DNA of 64,000 bases, from the NCBI RefSeq assembly GCF_037042905.1, contig NW_026974141.1:15128001-15192000 (forward strand), in the 5' to 3' direction. The stretch is from Lytechinus pictus. Taxonomy: Eukaryota. This document shows positions 35,688-47,600 of this stretch, one piece after another; position 1 is the stretch's first letter, and each line of letters begins with the position of its first letter. The position numbers and the translations under genes are program-made. The notes under the pieces are model-generated. The model saw nothing but the letters and a program-made list of their open reading frames with translations. It searched no databases and was not told the origin of the DNA.

Positions 35688-38600
35688 GTGAACAAAAACT
35701 TGCATTTAATTGATTGATTTGAATAAATTTGCAAGGAAGAAGGGGAGGGGGTTAAAAAGTTTTAATAAATTGACCATATTTAAGCCAGCCTTTTTAGGTC
35801 AAATTTGACAATCCCCCCCCTTTGTTTTTGCTTCCACTTACAGTAACAGACATAGAGTGTTGCTACATGTGGAGTTTTTGCCTAGAAAATCGTTATTGGA
35901 TTTTGAAAATGAGATGTACATACTTGCTTATTGTATTTCTACATGTAGTTTTATTATTATTTCCAAATTAGGTATATTGATACAAATTTTTTGCAAAACT
36001 CAGTGGAAATCGTTCGCACCATGTTGTTTTCCCCAAAAAATTGTTTAATGTGAATTTATTCTTGTGTTCTGTTTTTCCTTCTGAAAAATATTAATGTATT
36101 TGTTTTAAAAAGGTGCTTTCATACCAGGACGTTTTAGGCATTTAATCTCATTAAAGTGACACCATGCAATTCTATTCTTGATTTAAAAAATTGTGAACAA
36201 TACAAGGTATAAAAAATCAAATTCCTTATACATGAAGAAATAATTGTTGTTGTTAAAAATGCAAGTCATTTTGTAAAGAAGTAGGATTTAATGAGAAAAA
36301 AGCTTTCCACATACCGGGTAAAACTTATCACTTATTTCATGGTTACGACATGAAATATAATTTCTGAAATATAATTTCTTTGATCCCTGTGACTTCACAG
36401 ACTCCTGGACCAGTAGTTCTTGTACCTAATCCAGGAGTTCAGGCAGGGCAGAGAGTGGTTCAACAGAAACAAAGCTCTGCCAACAATCAACCACAAGACC
36501 AAGGGCCAAAAAAGTTCTACATGTTAAAACAATCAGGTAGTACATGTACTTGTTTTTGTATATAGTGTAATAATAGTAATACTAACTGTTCCTATCCAAG
36601 CGCATATCCCTTTCAAAAGGTCTCAATGCACATCAGGAATAATAAGGAGGGGAAAGCTAATGCTATGATGATATGATGAGTTAAATATGTTTTCAGTGCA
36701 GATTTGAATTGCCTGGAATTGTAAGGGATAATATTCCAGACTTATGGTGCTGAATGCACAAACCCATTTACTGTAAAACATTGTCTTAACAAAAAACAGG
36801 TTCAGAATTGTTCATATTAGGTTCATATTTACAAGTGATTTAGACAGATTCTAAAGCTAGTCTACAAAACACTGAAATGAGAGTAGCAAGATCCTAAACT
36901 AAATATGTAACCTGACTGACAATCAATGCATGGTTCTTAATACAAATAATACAGATTCATATATTTTAGTTCTGGTAACAATCCTGACAGCTGAGTTTTT
37001 AAAGACCTGAAGTTTCAGGAGTTGAGTATCTGATACATTGCATAGAATAGACTATTGCAGTAGTCTATTAAAGTGGCACGTGGCAAATGCATGCATAAAC
37101 CTTTCAGAGGTATCTCTATCATTTTATGACCAGTCATATATTCTGAACCTTATGCAATGCATTTGTCGCAAAACCGCATTTAGAATTGATGTGATTTTGC
37201 AACGTAAACTGATCATCAGAACACCAGGATTTCTTGCAGTATTAACAGAAAGAACCACTACCCCTTCAATTTTAAAAGGCTGCAAAGGTACATGGGTTAA
37301 AAATCNNNNNNNNNNNNNNNNNNNNNNNNNNNNNNNNNNNNNNNNNNNNNNNNNNNNNNNNNNNNNNNNNNNNNNNNNNNNNNNNNNNNNNNNNNNNNNN
37401 NNNNNNNNNNNNNNNNNNNNNNNNNNNNNNNNNNNNNNNNNNNNNNNNNNNNNNNNNNNNNNNNNNNNNNNNNNNNNNNNNTATACACTGTATGTCTGTA
37501 TATATTTCTAGGTTCCAACTGGGTTCTAGTTCCAACACAAGCCCAAATACCACCTCCTATACAGTGTAACAATGATGGTCTGTTGAAGGCTGTCACTGGG
37601 AATTCAGATTCCATCACATACCGACCGTCTTCTGGTTTCAAACAAGGCGCTCCCATCTCAGTTTCTCTACCAACTACACAAAGGTAGGGTTACATTGTGT
37701 GGTGCTCCAAAGTTAGTGAACCCCACCAGAAAATGTATGTATTTAAAAGTGTTCATGTTCTGCTTTGTTATATTTAATTGTGAATTCAAGTGATAAAATA
37801 TAGCATTCAATAAAGTTTGTTTTGCTGGGCTCGCCGATTATTGTAGCGTTGTTGTCAATATTCAACACTCGGCATGAAGGAGTGCATTTTGTGATGGGGT
37901 TCAGTCACTAACTAACTTCTGTATTCATATGTTGACTGGTTGTGTACATGCCGTAATGCATTGGATTTACCAAAATGATAACAAATTAGAATTATGCAAA
38001 TTTTTAGGTTCAATCTAAATTGCCGATTAGGAATTCATAGATTGAAGGAACTAGTCACTTTGCTCTATATCAATATGAGTATTTTTTGTGTCAAAATATC
38101 TGACTAAAAAAAAACATTAGAAAGTCAAAAAGGGGCCTAAGCTTTCGATCCTAGCAGAATCTTCGTCGGAGGCAAATCTCCGACGAAGATTCTGCTAGGA
38201 TCGAAAGCTTAGGCCCCTTTTTGACTTTCTAATTTACTCCATTGGCTCTCTTTTATTAGATAAGCAGTTTTCAGCAGCTTCTTTTTGCCATAAAAAAAAA
38301 CATGGTAGACAATGATATTGAACCCTTTTCCACCATGTCTCAACAGGCTTGTTTTGCATTTCTATTTAATTTCTCATCCAATACCAGCTTGCCAAATGTG
38401 ATAAGACCACAGCCACCTAATATAAACATGAACATCGCCATTCATCTACCAAACAATGGGACATCCTACCCTATACCAGGACACACAAAGTCTAATGGAC
38501 CGCAGCAAGCCCTTCAACCAATCAGGACACAGATGCCCCTAGACTCCACCCATCTTTTGTCCCAACCTTGCACCCTTGCTAAATCAACTGTATCCCCTAA

Positions 38601-41600
38601 AGTCAATACTGGTCGGTCAATGAAGCACAACGCACCTGTCATGATTCTCCCAAACACCCTTAGACCATCTCAGCTACGACCTTTGACCTCTCAGGTGGGT
38701 CCGTTTCCTTCTCAGATCAGCGTACTGCCCACTGGTCAAACAGGACTGACCACTGGACAAAGTGGACAGTCTCAGGTGTCACCGTTTCGTCAGGTTAGTG
38801 TACTGCCCACTGGTCAAACAGGACTGACCACTGGACAAAGTGGACAGTCTCAGGTGTCACCGTTTCGTCAAGTTAGTGTACTGCCCAATGCTCAAACAGG
38901 ACTGACCGCTGGTCAAACAGGACAGTCCGAGGTAGTGCCGATGCCATCAAGCTCGAACATTACGGTTCCGTCTGTTCTTAGGAACAGCACCAGTGTTTCA
39001 AACATCAACTTGTTTTCCCCTCCCCTCAACTTCGGATCTCAAATCCAGATGCTGTCACCTTTGACGTCTCAAAAGGGCTGCCATACCAGCAACAGCCTCG
39101 GAGGTTTGACCAACTCTTTAGATCTACAACCAGCTCTGTTGAATCAAGGTTTGGTACCTGAACTTGTCAACTTACAACCCCAGCAGATATCTCCTGGTGT
39201 AGTCAAACTAACATCTGGACCACCCTTGATCTCACATCGTGAGGAGAGGTCAACGGTTATGACCTCTAGAGTAAGGGTCAAGTCAAGAAACGAGCCAGGA
39301 GAGCAGAACAGAAAACATAAAATTCTAGAATCATGTAAGTAGTCTTGATAGGAAACAGTCCATAAATGTAATATCGAGTACACATTTTGCTCCTTCTCCC
39401 TTTGTATTTTGACCCTCAGAATTTACAGACTAAATTGATGACTCAGTCTTTATGACATATATATTACATGTGTTACTATTCCACAGGAAATATTAATGAA
39501 TGATTTTTAGTCACAGATTATACATGTAGATATCATGAAGGTGTCTGCACTAATTTATTATTTTTTCTTCCTGGATTAATATTTTGTTATTCATGTGAAC
39601 AGTATTGAATACAACACACATCAGGGTTTGTGATTTTTTTTTAATCAATACCTCTGAAACATGAACCAGGTTTTGAATACTGATTTCTGAAATTCTCAGT
39701 TGGCAACGGTTTAACCTTAATTTTAATTTTTAATTTTGATCTTGATTAGGGTGTATTTCCTGTAGAGCTATTGTTAAATGCTGCCCTCATCAGAAACCTG
39801 CTGTTGTAGTTGCAGACAAGGCAGTTGAAACCAGAGCAAGGCAGTCTCTACCGGATCTTTTGATGCTCAAACCATCCATTGCCATTCCAGGCGAGACAGG
39901 TAAATGTATGGTACAAAACAGGAGAGGGCAGTTTTCAAATGAGAAGTTAAATTTGGTAAATCATATTCTGTAGTTAAACTAATGTAAAAAACTTCATAAA
40001 AAACTGAGAGTTTCATTAACAATTTTTGGGGTGTTCATTTATTTTTTTGAAGAAAAATAAGGAGTGACAAAATTAGAATTACCTCGTTTGGGTAAAGGAG
40101 AAAAAATGGAGGGGTTCGCTGCAAAATGAGTATCTTGTATGAAATGGAGTATCTTGTATGAAATTAAAGGTTGTAAAATAAGACCAAAGAGATGCTGAGT
40201 TACTACTGAATTTTTGCTTGGCCAAGTCTCTCATGCAATTAATTTTCATTTTGGTATTTCTTGAAGGAGTCTACGCCAAGCGGGAGATTCTGCCAAACAC
40301 TCGATTTGGACCTGTGGTCGGAAAACTTGCTGACGTCAATTCATCGACAGACCTAGATGCAATTGGCCACAAAACATGGCGGGTAAGAAATCACATTATT
40401 GATACAGTACTTTGAAGGTTATTTAGGAGCTGGTTTTTAAAGATTTTTTTTTCAATTTAAATTTATTTCAACCATGAATATTGCAAAATATAACATTAAA
40501 TAATACATAAGGTATCAAACAAAATGGTTAAGCTTCCCTTTGAAAGTTGTAGTTGGTCGATAGACTTACTTTATTTTGAATGTTTTGCTTGATCAATAAT
40601 GTAGAAGTTTCATGAATCTCCCATAGTGTGTTTCTCTACTATATTCATTATAAAAAAAAAATACTTTTCAAGCTTCTGCTAATTCCTCAAGTCTCTTTGA
40701 TTAATGCCATTCTGTAAATATGTAGCTAGTTTAATTTTATGTAATTTAGTTGAAATTAAGCTTCATTTATGTTATATCTTCTCTTTTGTGTCATGCTTGT
40801 TTATTGATTATGTTCTTCAGACATGCCAACCGTTCCCTTTCTGTCTTACCTGCATAGCAGAGTGAGACTATAGGCGCCGCTTTTCCGACGGCGGCGTCAA
40901 CACCAAATCTTAACCGAAGGTTAAGTTTTTGAATTGACAGCATAACTTAGAAAGTATATGGATCTAATTCATGAAACTTGGCCATAAGGTTAATCAAGTA
41001 TTAATGAACATTCTGCCTGAGTTTTAGGTCAAATGACCAAGGTCAAAGGTCATATAGGGTCAATTAACTTAGACCATGTTGGGGGAATCAACATCAAAAT
41101 CTTAACCGAAGGTTAAGTTTTTGAAATGACAGCATAACTTAGAGAGTATATGGACCTAGTTCATGAAACTTGGACATAAGATTAATCAAGTATTACTGAA
41201 CATTCTGCTTAAGTTTCACGTCACATGACCAAGGTCAAAGGTCATTTAGGGTCAATGAACTTTGGCCAAATTGGGGGTATCTGTTGAATTACCATCATAA
41301 CTTTGAAAGTTTATGGATCTGATTCATGAAACTTGGACATAATAGTAATCAAGTATCACTGAACATCCTTTGTAAGTTTCAGGTCACATGATTAAGGTCA
41401 AAGGTCATTTAGGGTCAATGGACTTTGGCCATGTTGGGGGTATTTGTTGAATTACCATCATATCTCTGTAAGTGTATTGGTCTAGTTCATAAAACGTTAA
41501 CATCAGAGTAACCAAGTATCACTGAACATATTGTGTGAGTTTCAGGTCACATGACCACGGTCAAAGGTCAATGGACTTTGGCCATGGTGAGGATATTTGT

Positions 41601-44600
41601 TGAATTACCATCATAACTCTGTAAGTATATTGGTCTAGTTCATAAAACTTGGACATAAGAGTCATCAAGTATCACTGAACATCTCATGCGAGTTTCGGGT
41701 CACATGACCAAAGTCAAAGGTCATTTAAGGTCATTGAACTTTGGCCATTTTAGAGGTAATTATTAGATTGCTGTCATAACTTTCAAAGTTTATAGATATA
41801 GTGTATAAAATGTGGATATAGGGGTAATCAAGTATCACTGACAAGTTTTAGGTCACATGATCAAGGTCAAATGTCAATGAACGTAGTATTGTATCATTAT
41901 ATGAATGGTGTTTTTGTGAATAATTATTTTATAGTAGTTTTCAAAGTCAGCACTACTGCTATATTGAATTGCATGATGCAGGTGAGACAGCCAGAGGCAT
42001 TCCACTTGTTAGAGTATTTATTCCTCTTTTTTGCTATGAATACACCAATATTTTCTTGTATGATTTGTTACTTCTTTTAAAATTTCCAATCATGGAGTAT
42101 GTATTATACACAGTGCGTGACACTAGCGCCGGTCCGATGGTCATAAACTAGTAAAAATCACTTTCGGGCCAGTAACTTGTCGCATAAAAAGAACAAGTAA
42201 ATTCTTGCATACTGGCTCATGTTTAAAAGGATGAATTATCAAGTTTTCAAGTAAAGTCATTTCACATGTTTTTTTACCGATCTCACTACAGCAGGCTGTC
42301 GATTGTTACATTGAGAAAAAATTAAAAAAAAATTCTCTTTTTTGTCAAAAAATACTTTTTTTTCCTTCTAAGAATACTTTTTTGTTGTTGTAGAAGGTTG
42401 GCAGCCCTGGTTCTATCACAAATTGAACTTTTTATTAACACAGGTAAATTAACTTGAAATTTTTAACATGAAAAAATCTCTCTTGTTCTTTATGTGACAG
42501 ATATTTTCTGATAGAAAATTGTGTCAGCTTCTCTTCACGAACGATGAGAGTTGTTCTAATTGGATGATGTTTATTAAGATGTCCAAAGACCACAACCTAA
42601 TGGCATTTCAGAGCGGAGCTCACATCTATTTTACATCACTTACAAAAATTCAACCTGGTGAAGAGCTCGTTGTGTGGTATTCCAAGGAGTATGCAAGACT
42701 AAGAGGTAAAGAAGAATATCTATGCCAACTTCAGACACATATAGTTGTGCTCAAAATTTGTGAACCCCACCACAAAAAGTGTTGAATGTAGAAAACAACA
42801 CAACAATGTCCGGCAAGCCCATTAGCTGATAATAGTTGTCGTGAAAATCCTGTCTTTGTTTTTAAACCCTGCTTTTGAATGGGGGACAGTGGCCTTATAA
42901 TATTAATAATAATAATATATGGGATTTGTAATGTGCCAAATCCACTCGGCAGAGTGCCCAAAGGGCAGTGAAAGAAAGAGAAAAGTACACATATATTAAT
43001 AATAGATTCAAGAACAATTAAGAGTAGGAAGCATTTAACAGACCTGTCTTTGCATTTTTAAAATTTGTCATTCCCAAATGAATTGGGCTGGTCGTATACA
43101 CCTTATTGCAAATTTTATTGTTGAAACCACAAAGTAACGCAGTAGCTCTGGGACCTGTCTTACAAATGGTTAAGATTGATCCGATCAACCACAACTATGG
43201 AAATCCAGCAACGTCAACATCTAAAATACATGTTTGTTCTAAATATTTTGTAGATCATGGTCTAGTGGTTAATAATAATAATAATAATAATAGCTGGATT
43301 TATAAAGCGCTTTTTGCCAGAGGATACAAAGCGCTGCTATTATTACCCCGGCTTTAGCTCGAGCTACCATCACCGGCGCTCAGTGCATTCAAGGAATTAT
43401 TCCTGCCGGGTACCCATTCACCTCACCTGGGTCGAGTGCAGCACAGTGTGGTTAAGACTCTTGTCTTTCAATCTGAAGGACGTGGGTTCGATTCCAAGCA
43501 ATGACCTGTTTTCCTTCAGCAAGAATTTACCCACATTGTGCTGCATTCAACCCAGGTGAGGTAAATGGGTACCAGCAGGAAGTAATTCCTCAAAAAGCTG
43601 TGCGCACCGGAATCGGTAGACAAGCTTAGCCGGGGGAATTATAGGAGCGCCTTGAGCACCTAGCAAGGTGGATACGTGCGCTATAGAAATCCTTTTTTTA
43701 ATTATTATTATGTGATGTATAATTATACATTCAGTGTTTTCTTGAATATTCAGTGTACTTCTCTTCGTTTACAAAGGACATCATGCAAATTTCCTTGTCA
43801 CTGTTGGATATCCATATAGTATCAGATGATCGGATCAATCGTAACTCTTTGTAAGACAGGGTCCTGGGGCCGGTAATGCAAAGCTTAGCAATGGTCGTAG
43901 AACACTTTTCTATGATTGATTCCATTGACTACAATGTAGAATCAATCGTCAAAATCAAGCGTACAATTAATCGCTAACCTTTGTGTTACGGGACCCTGGT
44001 GAGTGTTTCATCAACATTTTTGTCCGACAAGTTGTCAGATCTGACAACTTTCCTTGAATGTGATTGGCTGAGAACCACTGTTACCATAGTAACTGTTGGA
44101 TAAAGCAGAAATGTGCCTCTTTCTCAATTATAGATTACATAGCATCAATTTAAATTATTACTATTATCTGTGATACATTCTGTAAATGTCAACAATTTGA
44201 TTATTTCAGGCATCAGGGACTATAAGGGCACCATGAAATGTCAGAAATGCCATGAGAGCTTTCCAGGCAACACTCACCTCCAGTGTCACATGGCTGAAGC
44301 CCACCCTTCCTCTCAACAAGACAAGATGTACAAGTGTGACGTGTGCTCCTACGTGTTCTCCTCATCATCCAAGCTAAGAACTCACCTCTTGACGCATCTT
44401 GGGGTGAAACCGCATCGATGTAAGATCTGCCACAAGGGATTCACAGACCGTAGTAACCTCAGGGCTCACTCACTTATACATGCAGGTATGGTGTGCATCA
44501 ACTTGTCGGGTTTTGCAAGAAACATACTTTCAATTAACAATGATTATAATGATAATAATATGCAACATCTATACAGCGCTTAATACGATGCTACTGAGTG

Positions 44601-47600
44601 ATGCATACTATTACCCTGGCTTTATCATGTCTACCCTGATCAGGCGCATCGATCTCTCAAGGAATTCCTACAGGGTACCCATTAACTGGGTAGAGAGTGT
44701 CAAATGTAGATGAATGCCTTGCCAAAGGATGCAAGTGCTGCAATGAGAATTGAACCTTGGACCTTGTGGTGCAAAGTCCGGAGACTTATCCACTGAGCCA
44801 TAACACCTCTACAATTGCAAATTAGATTTGGTGTATAAATAGTTAATATATCATGTGTGACCATCCACTCCAATACTAACAAATACTCAAAATGAATTTT
44901 GAGATTTTCATTGAGTTTGAAAAGGCACATCCTAAGCTTTTGAATGATATATGACTTGTCAAAAATTGATCAACGATAACATAGACCATTATTTGATTGA
45001 ATGTAGAAGAATCTAAGCGAGAGCTCCTAAAAATAAGGAGTAAACAACGTTTGAAGTCTTGGGTTCACTCAAGCATGAGATGTGAACACTGTGCAATTTC
45101 AGTGAAATTCCAACCAGTCGAAAAACACTTGAGTCAAAGAAACTTTTGTATCTTGTTTTCTTTACATCTTGAAATTTTGACAATATAAAGAAAAAAAAAG
45201 TTCAGATAAGTTTTTTTTTTTTAATAACTATTTGTTTTTTTGAAAATAAATTACTATTTGGGCTATTTACAGAGAACCTTCCCTGATGACTTACTATTTG
45301 CTTATTCTCACTTGTAAAGTGTAAAATGGTATGGCACCAAAATATCTACAAAACCCTGTCATGCCTTATACACCAGCTCGTAGCCTAAGATCATCACACC
45401 AGCAACTTCTTAGGACTCCCAAGACACGTGTAGCATATGGTGCGCGAGCTTTCTCTGCCTCAGCACCTTCTCTCTGGAATAATTTGCTGAAGAATTATAC
45501 CATCACTGGAGACCTTCAAATTTTTAACTGAAGTCTTACCTTTTCTAACAGTATTAGTTTTTGGCACTTTGACACTCATCCAAAGTCTCTCATTCTTTCT
45601 TTTCTTGTGTGCCTCGGAATAGAATATTTCTAGATAGATGGCGCTATATAAATGCCTATTTTTTATTTGGAGTGGCTGGTCACTTAAAGATTAATAGGTG
45701 TTAGATCAAGTAAAATGGGTGCAGTATAATTGGAGATTAGAAAAAGCTATTATTTGGATAAAATGCCAGTACGACCAAATGAACAGAAGATGGAAAGTTG
45801 GGAATTTTGAGGTAAATTTTCCAGCATGTCGGAAAATTTAACAAAAGTTCAATTTCTCAGCATTATCTTCCTACATGTAAATTGATATGTGTGATTAATG
45901 AAAGTTTTGATGCTCTGAAATTGTTAAGGCCGTTCATAAAGTAAAGTATTGAAGATTGAAGAAAAATGGGGTCTGCATTTTGAAAAGGTTGATTACTGTA
46001 CGGAACTGTCCTTAAGGAGATTCTCACAAAACCAACAGCTAAATATGGCACAAATGAAAAAAAACAAGATAAGAGGGTATGGTCATTTTGTCTGTTGCAC
46101 TGTTTGTAGTCTCGTAACAGCGAAGATATCGAACGATGCAGCCTCTTTCCCTCAATAGTAGGCTATGTTATTCAATCACTGACACATGCAGACTTTGCAT
46201 TCCCTTGTCAAAACTCTCCTCTGCCGAAAAACTTTTTGCTGTAGCAGCTGCCAAGACTTGGAATGCTATCCCTCTTTCTATAAGAAATGCTTCCAGTGTT
46301 CTTGGCTTCAAATCTTCCCTTAAGACATACCTTTTTCCTCAATAATTAATTTCCCTTTTTATCTTGAATATTGTAGTTATTAAATTATTATTCATGTTAA
46401 ATTATTCATACATTGTACGCGCTATTGTACTTTTTGTTTTTAGCGCCTCTAAATATCCATTATTATTATTATTATTATTATGTTACCATTGCTAGTAATA
46501 ACCAGGGGTGTGAGAGTTCAGATTTTTATCTGATTTCAGATTTTTTTGTTTTGATTTTCAGCTTAATTTCAGCTTATTTTGGGCCTTCCTCTGTACAAAA
46601 AGTATGGGAGCTCTTTCTTTTTCAGACTTTTTCAACACTCTTCAGCTTTTTTCAGATCTTTTTATTTGTGACCACTCACACCCCTGGTAATAACGCCTAA
46701 TTGTGATCATTGTTACAGGAGTGAAGAAGTTCACTTGTGAGACATGCAACAAGAGTTTCCGCCAGAAAGCCCATTTGGTATCTCATCAGGTTACTCATAC
46801 AGGAAAACGAGACCTTCAGTGTTTCGTCTGTGAGAGGATGTTTGGTAGACAGAGTGATCTCAGTTATCACATGAAACAACATAGAGAAACTAAGAAAGTA
46901 AGCTTAACTGTGTTTGTATGTCTCTGCCCACTGTAGATGGTTGTCAGGAGCATTATGTTTTTGGCTCATCCATCCATCTCGTTTCTACCCGTCCAGCTTT
47001 TGTTCTTGCAATTACTACCAAAATCATGATTATGAGCCTATAATTATACTACAGGCATAATATTTATTTTCCTCTTACTCTAATAACCACATCTACTATT
47101 GCTGAATTCCAAAATGTCTACTTGTGATACACCACTGTAGTACAAATGTATATTAAAGCATCAGCATGAATTAAAGCCCACCCACTTAATTTTCAGGCAA
47201 TAAATCCCTTCTTTTGTGTACAAATGAGATTAATTCTAAGTGATATTCAGCTCAATCCCTTCAAATTTTCTCAGCTGTTCATCTTGGTGATCATGTCTTT
47301 CTACAAACCCAAATTCTTACTGGAAGTTAATAGTTTTCCTTCATTCTTTTTTCGTCTCTATAGTTGAGTTGCCCTGTATGTGACAGAAGATTTTACAAAG
47401 ACTGCCAGCTGATAAGGCATATGAAGATTCACAGTGGACAAAGGGATTACCAATGCCACATTTGTAACAAAGGATTCATCACTAAATACCATCTCAGTAG
47501 ACACCTGAAGTCCTGTGAGCGGTATGAGCGATTCCGACGTAAGTCATGGCCTAATAGCTTGGACAGCATAGCAGGAGTGGTTGGCCAATCAAGTGAAGAA

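Noticed and set aside
38302-38387. N-terminus of the 346-aa ORF as a separate gene start
   Set aside because: Intronic polypyrimidine tract; the exon starts at the phase-compatible acceptor 38388.
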